This document shows positions 50,098-62,335 of a stretch of DNA of 64,000 nt, piece by piece (positions within the stretch are counted from its first letter, which is position 1; each line of letters opens with the position of its first letter). The stretch is taken from NCBI GenBank assembly GCA_021432655.1, contig MU271372.1, positions 1 through 64,000 of the forward strand. The letters run 5' to 3'. A model generated the notes under the pieces. That model was not told the DNA's origin and did not search any database. It saw only the letters and a program-made list of their open reading frames with translations. The position numbers and the translations under genes are program-made. The DNA comes from Atractiella rhizophila. Lineage: Eukaryota.

Positions 50098-51597
50098 ATG
50101 GCTTCCAAGCCAGTCTTGAATTGTGGGTGTTTCAAATATTTCAAGAAACATCTGGTCATTGCTTCTGGTATTACAGATGGTCCAAATGGCCAGTTCCTCC
50201 GAGACGTGTCTGGCTTCAGAGATGAAATCAAGAAAGGAGGGGAGTTTGAACCTGAGAAAGGGAGGTACTGGATTTACGCCTCGTATGGGGTGCATATTTG
50301 TCTTTTCTTTTAAGCCAAGATTAACTGCAAGTTAGTGCCCTTGGGTCAGTCACCATGGTTTACGGGATAACCGTAGACTCACCATCAGCAGGCACATCGA
50401 ACGCTGATTACACGCAAGCTCAAAGGTCTAGAAGACACGATCGGTAAATATCCTGACAATTGGCACTGTTCTGGAGCATGAAATCGTTGATAATTGTTAA
50501 AGGCGTCTCTATCGTCTACCCCCAAGTTCCGTGGGGCTTCAAACGGCCAGACGACATCGATGCGAACAAAGACCCCATAGAAGACGGAACGTGGGATGTG
50601 GAGCCTCTGGAAAACGTAACTATGCTCAAAGAGATATACGAAAAGGCGTCCCCTGGATACAGTGCCCGAGTTACGGTGCCTGTGCTATGGGATCGGAAGC
50701 TTGGAAAAATTGTGAACAATGAGAGCAGCGAGATCATCAGGATGCTTCATGCAGAGGTGTGAAGCTTCCTGACCCATTGAGAGTGCTGATGCGCGACATA
50801 GTTCGACGAGTTCGCTACAAATAAGGAATTAGACCTGTATCCAAAAGAATTGAGGGGTGAAATCGATGCTCTGAACGAATGGTAGGACTTTCCGAGCTGT
50901 ATTTCCAATGAGATCGCTCATTATCTTCCTGCAGGGTCTACAACGATGTAAGCCGATGACTCTCTCAGAGCTATCCTTAATCGAAGCTCAGATTAATAAC
51001 GGTGTCTACAAAGCCGGTTTCTCCAAGGATCAAGATGGATATGAAGCAGCCGTATATCCACTCTTCGAAGCGATGGATCGCATCGAAGGCATACTTGCGA
51101 ATAATGGAGGCGATTATCTCGTTGGCGGACGCCTGACAGAAGCAGACGTCAGACTTTACGTTTCGATGATTCGCTTTGATCCCGCTTATTATTCCACTTT
51201 CAGGGTGCGCTTTTGTCTATTTTACATGATACAGCTGAGGAATTCCTCTCCAGTGCAATCTCAAGGACATCCGACAGCAAGTATTCTTGTATGATCCGTT
51301 CCTCGTTGCGAGAACTGATAACGTGACAGCGATTATCCTCACATTCACAAATGGGTAAGCTGCAAGTGTCTTCTAATGTTCTGCTCTACTGATCCATTAT
51401 TGGAAGCTTCGCCAACTCTACTGGAAGAATGATGCATTCAATTCAACGACCAATTTTGAACATTTGAAGGTCGGTTACAACCGTCATGGACATGTGCGTT
51501 GAGTTTTGATCCTCTCTGCCTTATGTTGACAGCCTTTTAGGTTAATCCGCATGGTATTGTTCCGGCTGGACCAAAACAACACATACTTCCTCTCTAA
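50098..51597 (+). CDS. ECM4: Glutathionyl-hydroquinone reductase / Xi-class GST (ECM4-like)
   Basis: [87 protein letters not shown]. Many microexons. Confidence 0.93.
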
Positions 51598-52093
51598 GTT
51601 ACTGTCTGTTTTGAATCTGCAATGTCTAAATCCACTTGTGACTAACTGCGGTTCCTTCCCATTGATTGCTACAGGAGCCGTGCATAAACGCTGCTGGTTA
51701 CATCCTCAATTAAACAGAGCATCCACGTTCCACAAGACTCCTAAATTTCTAGCGACCGTACAAACAACGTCGAACTCTCATTCGCCAGCGGTTTTCAATG
51801 ACAATCCCGCCCATGCTGTGAGGACCACTTTCCAGGGTTACGCCTCATAACAATCGCAAAGAAATAAAAGCGGCCCTTGCTTTATTGGCACATAGAAACC
51901 ACCTCAGCGCCAGCATCCCCCCCAGTTCTGGCTCCCTTAATGCGAACTTTAAAACCACCTGGTGGTCCTAGTTCCATTTCAAAGTAGCTGGCCGTAGGTC
52001 TTACTGTCGAAAGTCTAAGGGAAATAAGAACTCAGAACTGTAATAAGGAGGAGTACGAAAGGGAAGAACAAGCGTGAGCAAAGAGCCAACAAA

Positions 52094-52195
52094 ATTGTAC
52101 AGACAGGTGACAACGTAGCCAGTTGGCAGCTCAAACTGTCTCACAGGCTCAGATTGTACAGACAGGTGACAAGGTAGCAAGTTGGCAGCTCAAAT
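52094..52195. repeat. Short tandem duplication (period 59)
   Basis: attgtacagacaggtgacaa.gtagc.agttggcagctcaaa at 52094 and 52153. Confidence 0.85.
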
Positions 52196-52349
52196 GAAGG
52201 TAATGCTCTGTCATGGATCTGCGCTGATTTCAATCTTAGCTGATTTACTGACTGAGGGGTTCAACTGCAGCCGAATCGAGTCCTTTCTGTCTACATTGCA
52301 CAAGAGTGCTTTCTCGCATCGAGATGATAACCTCTGCGCGACCGCTCAG

Positions 52350-53760
52350 TCCTATCGTCTAACCCCAGCCAACTAAACCACAGTTGGCGTGACACAAGTG
52401 TCTGTGGCAAAAACACGCACTTTCTGTTCTGTTCAACGAACTCTTCGTAAATGTGGGAGGCAGTGCCCGTAAAGATGGCAAACTTAGAGAGCAAAAGTCA
52501 GAAAAGAAGAAAGGCAGTGAATTAAATAAGGCTAACCTTCTGGAGAACTTGAAGTATATCAGGCGTCTTGCTGCCATCATCATGCTCTGAATCAATTGAA
52601 AGATGCATCCTTCTATTGACATTGTTAGAGATGTGCGTTGTGAAGACGTCGCCAGAGCTCAAACTAGAGGGCGCGTGAGAACTGGTAGCGTGATCTGATG
52701 GCGTAGGCCCTGTGAAGCCTAGGAGGAGTTCTTCAAAAGACAGTTCCTAAAACAAGTGAATTTAGCGGAACCCACTCTCCAAATATCAAGTTGGTAATTC
52801 TGACCTGAAGTAATGGTACCCCTTCGTACATTAAGGGCCTCGCGACTTGAGCGTGTATGCCAGACCCACCGGAATGTATCGCAGGGCTGTTGAAGCTCGT
52901 GGCCGTTCGTGAGACGAAGCCAGTAGGACCAGTTGTACCATCGGTATGGGGAATTGATTGGGTGAAAAACTAGTAACAGAGTTTGGTCAGCCGAAATAAG
53001 CTTCAAAAGGCTTCACACCTGAGGGGAAGGACCGGCGCTGAGTCAGCAGGCTCTGCTGAGAACAGGGAAAGAACCAGCGTACAGTTTGTCTACCCCACCT
53101 CTGACAAACCCTCTTGAGGGTAGGGAATTCGTTAAATCTCCCGCAAGAAATGCCAATATGCTGAGCGATCACTCCTGGCTTCTTCATAGGAGGTTGTCGC
53201 ACCCTGAGGTTCGTAGGAAGGACGTCCTTGTCGAAAACAAATCTCTCAACGAAGAATTCGAACTTGTTTTTGCAGGTTCCTCCATCATCCAAGTGACTGC
53301 AATGCCCGGCAGAATCAGCCAAAAAAAAATGCCATTACTTTAAGCCAGTTCTTTCGATCATTGAGCAAAGTAATCGGGGTCTCACGCTTGCCGTCGCTCC
53401 AGATTTTGATCAGAAGGATATCCGGGTATGTGTCTTTAGGGAGATGCAAGGGCTCTGCACCGGGGGAATCTGCCTCGGAAATTGATCCATTGTTGGAGAA
53501 GTACTGGAGATCCACTTCGTTTCTGCGATAGCTGAGGAAAGTGTACAAACTTCCTTGGGGCTTGATCGCTAGAACTGCACGCCGTTTAGGGTTGTTGACG
53601 TTGAATACTAGCGAGTGACCAGATGGGAAGAATGCTCGAGTGTTTTGTGGAAATAGCGATCCCTCAGACATTACGTTTATGTATTACCTGCAAAGATTGA
53701 GTGGGATAAACCTAGGAGAGACCAAGCCAGATTTTCGTGTGAGGAGGGTCATGACCCATT
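52350..53760 (-). pseudogene. Frameshifted paralogue of the 4575-6017 gene
   Basis: Track ORFs 53315-53671 and 52987-53322 match consecutive parts of the 5301-6017 protein, split at an A9 run near 53321. The N-terminus is also disrupted. Confidence 0.8.
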
Positions 53761-53837
53761 ATAACTGGCTTTTATACCATGAAGTTCTACATACTGTTGC
53801 TTCGTTGACGAGCGGGAGAGTGAGTTCCCTGTTTTTA

Positions 53838-53960
53838 TACGTCGCCCATCAGAGATCCCGCAGTACGTCGCCCATCAGGGATTCCACAGTACGTCGCCCA
53901 TCAGGGATTCCACAGTACGTCGCCCATCAGAGATCCTACAGTTTCGGCCATCAGGAGATC
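53838..53960. repeat. 26-bp minisatellite, 4 copies plus a partial
   Basis: tacgtcgcccatcag(a/g)gat(c/t)c..cag at 53838, 53864, 53890 and 53916. Confidence 0.9.
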
Positions 53961-54745
53961 TGAAAGAAGGAACCGTAGCAGATTCTACTGCTGTCATCTC
54001 CGAGCAATTCAAAGAGATTGGACCTTCAAGTCGATATTCTATTCAGGTCATATTGACAAACTCAATAAAAGGACTTTGATCAGGCTTCGCTTTAATCAGT
54101 GACGGATTATTAATAAACTCAACATCCTGTAACCGTAACTCGACGGCCCTGTGGCAGCTTAGCAGCTCGACTTGCGCCGATATTACAGCGGTAGTCTGAA
54201 TTGTATGCGGTGTAGAGAGCAGATGGACGAGAGCAGATGGACGAGTGTCCTCTGAGTCGTGAGATGGTTAGAGCATCAGGGTGAATGCTTGTTGAAGATT
54301 GGGCGATGACCGATATTTGGTCTTCCATGGAATCATCTGGAGGAGAAGCTGAGTAACGATTGCGTCTGCGGTTGTCCCTCTTGAGATGATGGTCGAGCAG
54401 CACGTCTCCTTCGTCTTCCATCGAGCGATCGAGAACCCTCTATCACGATACGAATCCATCTGAGCAAGCAGATCCAAGATTTTGATTCCAACCATGCCTT
54501 TTGCAGTTGAAGAACCTTATCACGTCCATCCCCCAGGCTTCATGACTGAGATCCCAATGTTAGGTGGGATGCATTAGTGAAAGAGGCGTTGAACGCACAG
54601 GCGGGGAGGAGGTGGCAGGTGGCAGCAGACCATGTTTAGGGAGAGATTTTGAGGCGGGGTACTGTACCACTTCAACGAGCATCATAACTATTCCACGGTA
54701 CACTAGAATTAGCCAACCTGCCATAAGATGTTAAAACACTCACTA

Positions 54746-55680
54746 CCTTTCAAGGTCTCATGGGCCTTCTCCACGTCGTATTGGCGAACAGCTGCTCTTC
54801 ATCTGGCTCAAGTCCCTCATAAGCGCCCCAAGCTGCGTCTGAACTCTGCTGGCGGGTACATTCTGCAGTTGAGTTCGCGATCCGCTTCCTCCTCGACATC
54901 GATGACAACCTCCACCTTCGCGACTAAGTGTATAATCTGCCCTCTGCCTCCTTCTCCCTCTCTTCCGTAGGGCGGTTCCCCGCTTTCCACTCACAAGAGA
55001 AGCAGATGTGGTGATAATCTGCAACGTTGATGTGAGTCTACCTTGCAAACGAGTACCGATGACGAAGCGTTTGACGATCTCTTCCTTCTCCTCATTCCCC
55101 TCTGTTCTTCGCATCCTTGGCGTAAACGGAATCGTTCGTGTAGACTAAGCAATCTTGTGTGATCGTGAGCATTTCCGTCTATTCTCCTCGTTCTTCTCCG
55201 GCTCCGCCGCCAGGATTATCACGGATGAGGAACGACTTCGCTCCGTCCAGAATTTGATTCAACTCCTCGACGTAGGTGGGCGGCAGCAACTGACAGGTCT
55301 GGTACGTTGGAGTACTTGGGTTAGGCAACCTCTCGCTCTCGATCCTTGCGCCGCCTTTCATCCATCCGCGAAAGATGATCGACGGACTACTATTCAAGCT
55401 TCAGTTTCTATCCCCAACCATTCGCTCATACTGATCGTGCAATCCTTCCTAGTTCGGTAGACAGGCAACCATGGTGATAGAAGCAGCAATGTCGAGGGCT
55501 GCTTTCGAGCTCTGAGGTGCAGGGAGAGCATTAGGTCAGGCTGGTTCAGCGCGACGGGAGGCAAGGAGGAAGGCTGAGTAGGGAAGGAAGACTAAACGCG
55601 GGACAGTGAGGTATTGAAGAGATGGCGGCTCCCGTAGATTGGAGCTGTAGAGGAAGTTGATCTGGGAGAGGGCAAGTCAG
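54746..55680 (-). pseudogene. Degenerate paralogue of 6975-7995
   Basis: Colinear nucleotide similarity (ccgtccagaatttgattc.actcct, caatccttcctagttcg, aagttgatctggga). Confidence 0.5.
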
Positions 55681-56724
55681 GAACTATTGTCCGAGAAGAC
55701 GACGGTGACGATTTCCCGGATGATGACATTTCCAACGATTTCAGAATCGGTCCCATTGTCAGTCGCGAATTCTGGGCCGGGAAGGCATCGTTAGGGTTAG
55801 ATAGAGGACCTTGTAACGCATCTCCATTGTCTCCTCACATTCACTGAATCACGGTTTCAGGGACTTCACCGATAGATTACTTCACCGCAATAATTAGGAA
55901 TGAGATCCAGTATCTCAAGACCGCCTCTCCTCATGATAATTCCGATCCCATGTTTCGTGGTGGCTCACAAAACGATCCTAATATCCATATCAACACACTT
56001 CTGGCTCTCGAGAAATTACTTCCAAAGCTTGTCAGCACTATTCCACCTCCAATCCTCTCAAAAGCACTCCATCATCCAGATCTATCACCAGCTAATATTG
56101 TTATCAACAACGCCGAAGCTGTTCCAAAAATCGCTGCCGTCCTTGATTGGCAGTCGACCACGATCGCACCGCTCTTCCTACAAGCGAAGGTTCCGCGTCA
56201 TTTTGACTGGCAAGGTAGTGCATCCGGCCTAGTCTCCTTACCAGACCGCCTTGCAAGACCGCAGAAACCCGAAAACTTCGACGAGCTCGATGAAGAACTG
56301 CAGAAGGTGGTCTTGCGAGAAATGTGGCAGGCACGTTTGCACAAGGTATATCTCGCATTCCTGTCTCCCTATTCACAGTTGCGCCAGGGGCTGTTCGATG
56401 AGGATGCTTGCATTTTCAAAGGTCCTTTTGACCTTATCACTGGTACTTGGGACCAGCATTCCCTCCTCCATTTGCGTCGGTGCCTGATCCAGCTATCTGA
56501 CGTTTGGCCAGCCTTGTTTGGAAACGGTGCACATGTCTCTTTCTCTGAGGAAGAAAGAGCGGTACTTGAGATCGAATCGGAGGAGATGGATATGATAGAA
56601 GGTTGGGAATCTATCGCGTCTCAGCTCGTCTGAAGGAGAAGATGACGCGCCAAAAGTTCGAGCGCATCTGGCCTTACCAGGATGGCGTTTATTCGGCTTC
56701 TGGGGAGAGCTGTTGGTAGTTGAG
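55681..56724 (+). pseudogene. 5'-truncated APH/AIM9-like phosphotransferase (kinase-like C-lobe)
   Basis: FRIGPIVSREFW..LDRGPW, LHHPDLSPANIVI, AVLDWQSTTIAPLFLQ. The terminal IWPYQD is in a shifted frame after the stop at 56633. No N-lobe upstream. Confidence 0.8.
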
Positions 56725-59700
56725 ATGCAGCATACTTTATCACTACTCTTGAGAACCCTTCTCTGAACTTTGGATCCCTCTTGATACTGTCATAGCGTCG
56801 AGAGAATCGCTCCCTCTGTGCTGCTGCATGGGAAGTATTGGAGGCGGTGGGATGAGTTTGAAGAGCTTCTAGTATGGAAACCTGTACGAAGTGTTCGTCT
56901 ACACTGTCCATTCAACCTCAAATTACGATGTCCTGACGTCTAGGTCGCAAAGGGATGGAACAATATGACGCGTGTAACAGAACATGAATTCCATCAGAAT
57001 CTACATCAGATTCATCGCTTGATTGACACTTGATTTGGTGAGAGCACGGAATTGAGCTTCAAACGTCAATGAGGGAGGAATCAACGAACTTCAGTCTCTT
57101 AACATCCAACACCAGTATCCCACTTCGTGGTACATCCAGCAGCCAACTGTGCAGCAGTGCAAGCTTCACCGGAGCAGGCAACGCCAGCTGTTGTGCAAGA
57201 ATCATTCATCGGTTATGCAATTCGTAAGACAAACCACGAACCAGGGCAGTTGCACCACTATGATAGATATCAGGAACACATCGCGTCGTCGAAGAGGCAG
57301 CTTACTGGAACGAGTGCTTGAGCAGCAAGGATGACAGTGAGGAAGGAAGCAACGGTAGTGAATCTCATTTTGTTTCTTTTCAGCTAATATCAATTGATTT
57401 TCGCGGGTTGGCTCAGCCAACGATCCTTTTATACCTACTTCCGGGATACATCTCGGCTGACATCGTCGCCCGCCTCCAGACAATATATTAACCAAGTGAG
57501 GAGCGCGAGGAGCCAAGACACCGACGGACTGAGGCAGGTGGAGGAGGCAACACGCCGTCTGGTGAAGGAGAGTTCCAGCGACAGTCAACATACAAGCCAG
57601 TGAGAAAGTGGCGTTGGCGGTAAAAGTAAACCTTTGCTCATTGCGCCAACAACTGAAAAGGGTTGGAGATTTAAATGAGGATCGTTGTTGGAATAACGGC
57701 CCCTCAGCTCTCCTGGCTACTTCGGTAAAACCTTCTCCTTGCAGTAGAACTTGCCAAGCTTACAGTAGAACCAACACTGATCGGTTTGTTGAATGATTGC
57801 GCTCCGGCTCCTCTGAGATCGTCACCGCTCAATGTACCACGGCGTATAGGATATGCAATGGCGGTCAAGGAGTGGAATGTCGGTTTGCCAAGGACCATGA
57901 TCAAATGGCCTGGATAGCGTTTACAACTTCACACATCGACGGTCCGTAACTGATGATGGAAAGGTAAAGGCACGATCAGGCTTCTAAGCTAGCATTCTTT
58001 CCTTTCGATGATGAATATATATTCCTGCTCGTCTTCAACTGTGTCTCCTCCAATGCAACTGTACAGAGAGCTATATACTTCTGCTGCTTTCAGCATCCGT
58101 GGGTAGGACAACCACAGCTGGGACGTTGTTCATAAAAACCCATCGAAACAATTTAACTTAGCTCAGCAGAACTAGACTGTAATAGTGATATAATGGAACA
58201 AACTTGCTTCTCCTCTTACTCCTCAGATCTCAACGTACCCAGACCCCAAACCCCATCTAGCTCTTTCAGGGTTCATTTGCTGGTTTTATTTCGATGGATC
58301 ATGGTCACTGCCTTCGCCACTACCCAGTCACGATTTGCAACCTGCCTTAGTCAGCTCTATATAATGCCTGCTCATGATAGTGAAGGTTACGCCGATCGGG
58401 AGTTGATTCAGCTTAAAGCTCGAGGGGAAGTTACGAGCTTCCGTCTCCACTTACTCTTCCCCTTCTTCCGCTTCCGCTCCTACGCGAAATAAGGGGGTCA
58501 GCAGGTTGAAGGAAGCTTGGGCTGCACTTCAGCACTGATCGAGTCTTGATTCGTCGAATGAAATGCGATATGAAAGTTATCAAATCCGGTGGGCCAAACA
58601 TTGACAAAGGGAGGTCAAATTGTGCACAGGATTGGCTCAAAGTTCGAGGTAACTTGTTGGTGAATGAATGGAGAGCAAGGATCCCGAGGAAAGGGTAGCA
58701 AACATGTCGACACTTCAGAATAAGGTCGACTGAAGGAGTGGTGTGGGATTATCAAAGGTTCGAAGTCACGCAGAGATTACATATATTATGGACAATCCTG
58801 CTCGCAACGCCTATGAGATAACATGTTGCGTTTCCAAAGGGTTGCAGAGGCCAATTACCCCTCAAATTTCGAAAGACCTTACGACCCTGCTTGCTACGAT
58901 GCTCTTTGTCAGGCTGAACACACCGTGGATTACTGTAAAGGCGAATGTGAGAGACATGTCAGTTACCGGGCCCAGTACAGTACGCTCTCGTTTTAACATT
59001 CAGTGCAATGCTAATCAACACGCAACAGTTCAACCACCCAATCACCAGGCGAAAGTCTGCGTGCGTCACGCGTTACCATCTTCAGGATCCATTCCCATGG
59101 AGTTGATGGATAAGAACAGTCCGGACGATGTTACAATCATGCTTTCTATCTAGATCTGGAGTACATGCCCAATGGTGGTACCCTCCCTCTCGGTTCGCTC
59201 CTTCCTCTTTCACATTGTGTGAGCTGTGCAGCCAAAGCTTCCGTCAGGTTCAGTACTCTGGTTTTGCCAATTGGAGCGTTGGATGCGTGTGAGAGCACAA
59301 AGGCAACTAGAACGAACGCCAGTTGATTTTGACGCTTGGAGAGAAATGATCAGTGGCATCATCGCCCCACGAGAAGGCAGCACTCTTGATGTTGTCCATC
59401 CTAAGACAGGAGAGAGGCAGGCTTGGGTATTTAACAAATCGAAGAAACTCTACGAAAAGTCTGATCTGTCACCAAAGCGACCTCGCAGTGGTATGTGATC
59501 TTTCCATGTGTCTGGTCATTCTCATTTTTGCCTTTGCAATAGTGCTCAGCGTCCGTCTAGATCCTCCTTCATGTCCAAAATGGATTGCACCGAATCAACT
59601 GCCGCCATGTCACATTTGGGAAACGGCCGCTTCTCTACGCGCGATATGTGCACCATTCTAACTCTTTAAAGGTACCAGATAAAGTGGTTTCAGTAACCTC

Positions 59701-59862
59701 TGTCGGGTCATCATCAGCGACAGAGCCTGATGAGTATTTCGAGCACATACCAGAAACTGAACCTGTGGCATTTTCACGTGAGGTTCTCGACTGCAGTGCC
59801 TCATCCAAATGAGCTAAACTGCTTACATACTTTCAGCTCGATCTCCAGAACTGACGGATGCA

Positions 59863-60477
59863 GTGTCAAAACAAAGCCCTTCGCGTGCCTCATCTCGAAT
59901 GAAGCCTCTTGGTTCAGAAAGCCAGGTCGTGGTGCTTCACCAAGATTGCCGATGGCTGCTTCGTCCTTTCGATGCAAAAACAGATATCTACAATGTTCCA
60001 GAAGACGAGAGCTTCGATCCGCTCTTCATCGCAGCCGATGCTCGAGGGCCCGCGAAAAGACTCCATCCTTTCTTTCCTTGCGAGGTCAAGGTTGGGAATA
60101 AGCTGTATCCTACAATGGAGCATTACCGTCTCTGCGGAGCTGTTCCGGAGGGAGACTTGAGGGAGAAGGTTCGTCTGTGTAAGACTGTAGAAGGAGCACA
60201 AACACTTGCGGCTGGGATGGAAGAGGGTTTGATGTTGCTAGATAAGAGGAAGAACTGGGAGTGGGTTTTCCAAGGACTCAAGAGTCGTTTCGCAGAAGAG
60301 GACGAGCTGAAATTGCTGTTGAAGACAAGGAAGCGACATTTGATAATTATTCATAACGAGATTGACAGGAGAAGAAAGCTGGAAGGCTACGCGAAAATGC
60401 TGGAGGCTTTTAGAGATCGAGTTCGAGAGGTATGTTGCCGTCGCTCCAACGCTAATAATGAGCATAAGCAACTGTAA
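59863..60477 (+). CDS. Exon encoding a divergent NADAR/YbiA-like domain; upstream exons probably from ~58.8 kb
   Basis: KLYPTMEHY, LREKVRLCKTVEGAQTLA, GLKSRF...LKLLLKTRKRHLI, AKMLEAFRDRVR follow the NADAR motif order. Confidence 0.55.
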   Translation: MSKQSPSRASSRMKPLGSESQVVVLHQDCRWLLRPFDAKTDIYNVPEDESFDPLFIAADARGPAKRLHPFFPCEVKVGNKLYPTMEHYRLCGAVPEGDLREKVRLCKTVEGAQTLAAGMEEGLMLLDKRKNWEWVFQGLKSRFAEEDELKLLLKTRKRHLIIIHNEIDRRRKLEGYAKMLEAFRDRVREVCCRRSNANNEHKQL

Positions 60478-60540
60478 AGTGGTGAAATCACAACGCCGTT
60501 GTTACTCAGGGTTCGCCCAAGTACCGCATCCTAAGGTTAT

Positions 60541-62335
60541 TCATGTGTAATCATTACATCGAGCTGCCGAGGTTCCATGCAGAGTGATTCCACTCTGACA
60601 GGCCCGTAAAGGGAGCCTGAGAGAAGGAGAGGCAGGAGGAGGAGCAGAAATGGAGCGACTGGTAAATGGGGATCCTGAGGGGGAGGAGGGAACAACTTGG
60701 ATTTGATGAGGAGATGATGGGGGAGTGGAATCCACTTGCAGGGTCAAAGGGGGACCACTGGATAAAGGGTCTGGAAGGCGAGTCGATGGACTTTTGATCA
60801 ATTGGAGTGGCAGTATCTGATCACCTGTTGGTACGATAAGGGAGGATTCTGAGGCGAACCCCAGACGTGCGTCCGAAGTGGAAGGAAAGTCTCCAGCCAT
60901 CCTGCCTCCTTGTGTGCCAGACATACTTTCTAGCAGATGGTAAGGGAACTCGACCCTCTCCCTCATCGCGATATCTACTTCCGCCGACACACCGATGGTC
61001 ATAGGCCGAAACTCTTCTCCATCGACGAGCCCATCGACGACCGGACTTGAGTTTGGAGGAAGCGGCACGAATCCCTCGCCCATCGCAGCAGAAGCGACCG
61101 CGTTCTTTCCAGATGCGTACTGGAGGTGAGGAAGGCGCTGAGAGACTAGCTCTCCACACTCCTGAGCTGAGACGGCTTTTCGTGGCCTACCGCGTTTTCG
61201 TTTGACTGCTTGAAGGGGTACCGGAATCAGCTGCTCCGACGAAGTAGTGAAGTGCGCTGGAGCGAGGAGTTGATCGTGAAGGAGTGGCAAATTCGACACA
61301 TCTGGTTGATCTAGCGTAACCTGGCTAGTCGACCCAACACCTTCGTTGCCCTCGATCATGACAGACACAAAATCGTCATCCCCATACTTTACTGGCGTTC
61401 GTGAAGTCCTGTTCGATTTCCTCACCGCTTGGACAGTTGACAACGGTAGAACTTTTCTCTCCTTCTTAGCATTCACTCCTTCTCCGCCTCCCGCTCCCAA
61501 CGCCTTTCGCTTTCCCCCTCTCTTCACATCCCCTTCTCCCAAGTCGGGCTCGAGACGAAGGACTTCATTCCTCAGCTGACTCGAGATGGAGATTTTCCTC
61601 CTCTTTTGGGCCGTCTCCGCCCCTCTCACATCCAGCTCTGTGGCCCTTCTCTTCCGACTCATAGTGGGACTAACTTCTCGCCATCCATAATCCAAATTCA
61701 CCTCCTTCCCTTTCTCCTTCCTCCGTCCTGATTGCCTAGTCGCCTTCCCGGGCTCCCTCTCCTCTCGGCAGCTGGAGGCATCAGCAGGATATGGGCCATG
61801 CCGAAGCTCTGCGGTTCGGCGGTCGAGTCGTCGGCTTCTTTGCTTTCTTTGGGTAGGCGGAGGAAAGGAGTGGTAGATCAGGTTGGGAAAGGGGAGGGGG
61901 CGTAGGAAAAGGTCGATCTACGATGGAGTGAGTGACTTATACAGGGAGTCTAAATTCTGCATACTAGCGTTGCACCAGACGGTTCCTCGTGATCCCAGAG
62001 TTCAGGCTGCGAGGCATTGTCGTCCATCTATGAATGGAGAGGTATGGGCTTTCGCTCGGCGGAATGACAGGAAACTTGCTCACTTGCTGCTCATATATAT
62101 GGGGATGACGTTCTTCCTGCTAGTCCATTCAAGGTGTATTCGATAACCGAAAGAACAGGAGAAAGCATACGGAATCTTTCGATACTCCTTTATCCACGTC
62201 CATCATCTCCGCCACGTTCTGCACTCCCACAGAAGAGCCCTTGAACCTCCCAAAAGTTTCCGTTCTTTCAGCTCCCCGACTCATCCGCAAAGAGAGCAAC
62301 AGACGCGCTTCGCTCTCCGTCGGGGCGTGCATCAT
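60541..62335 (-). CDS. Low-complexity putative nuclear protein with an AT-hook
   Basis: 386-aa ORF with KRKRGRPRK AT-hook and NLS-like basic clusters. 5' exons up to ATG 62335 are tentative. Confidence 0.5.

Noticed and set aside
53838..53960. CRISPR-like array
   Set aside because: Units are contiguous with no unique spacers, there are no cas genes and the context is eukaryotic; it is a minisatellite.
57020..57600. Possible BRCT/Myb (Rap1-like) remnant (HFVVHP..VVQESFI; WLSQRSFYTYFR)
   Set aside because: Resemblance is too weak, with in-frame stops and no coherent gene model.
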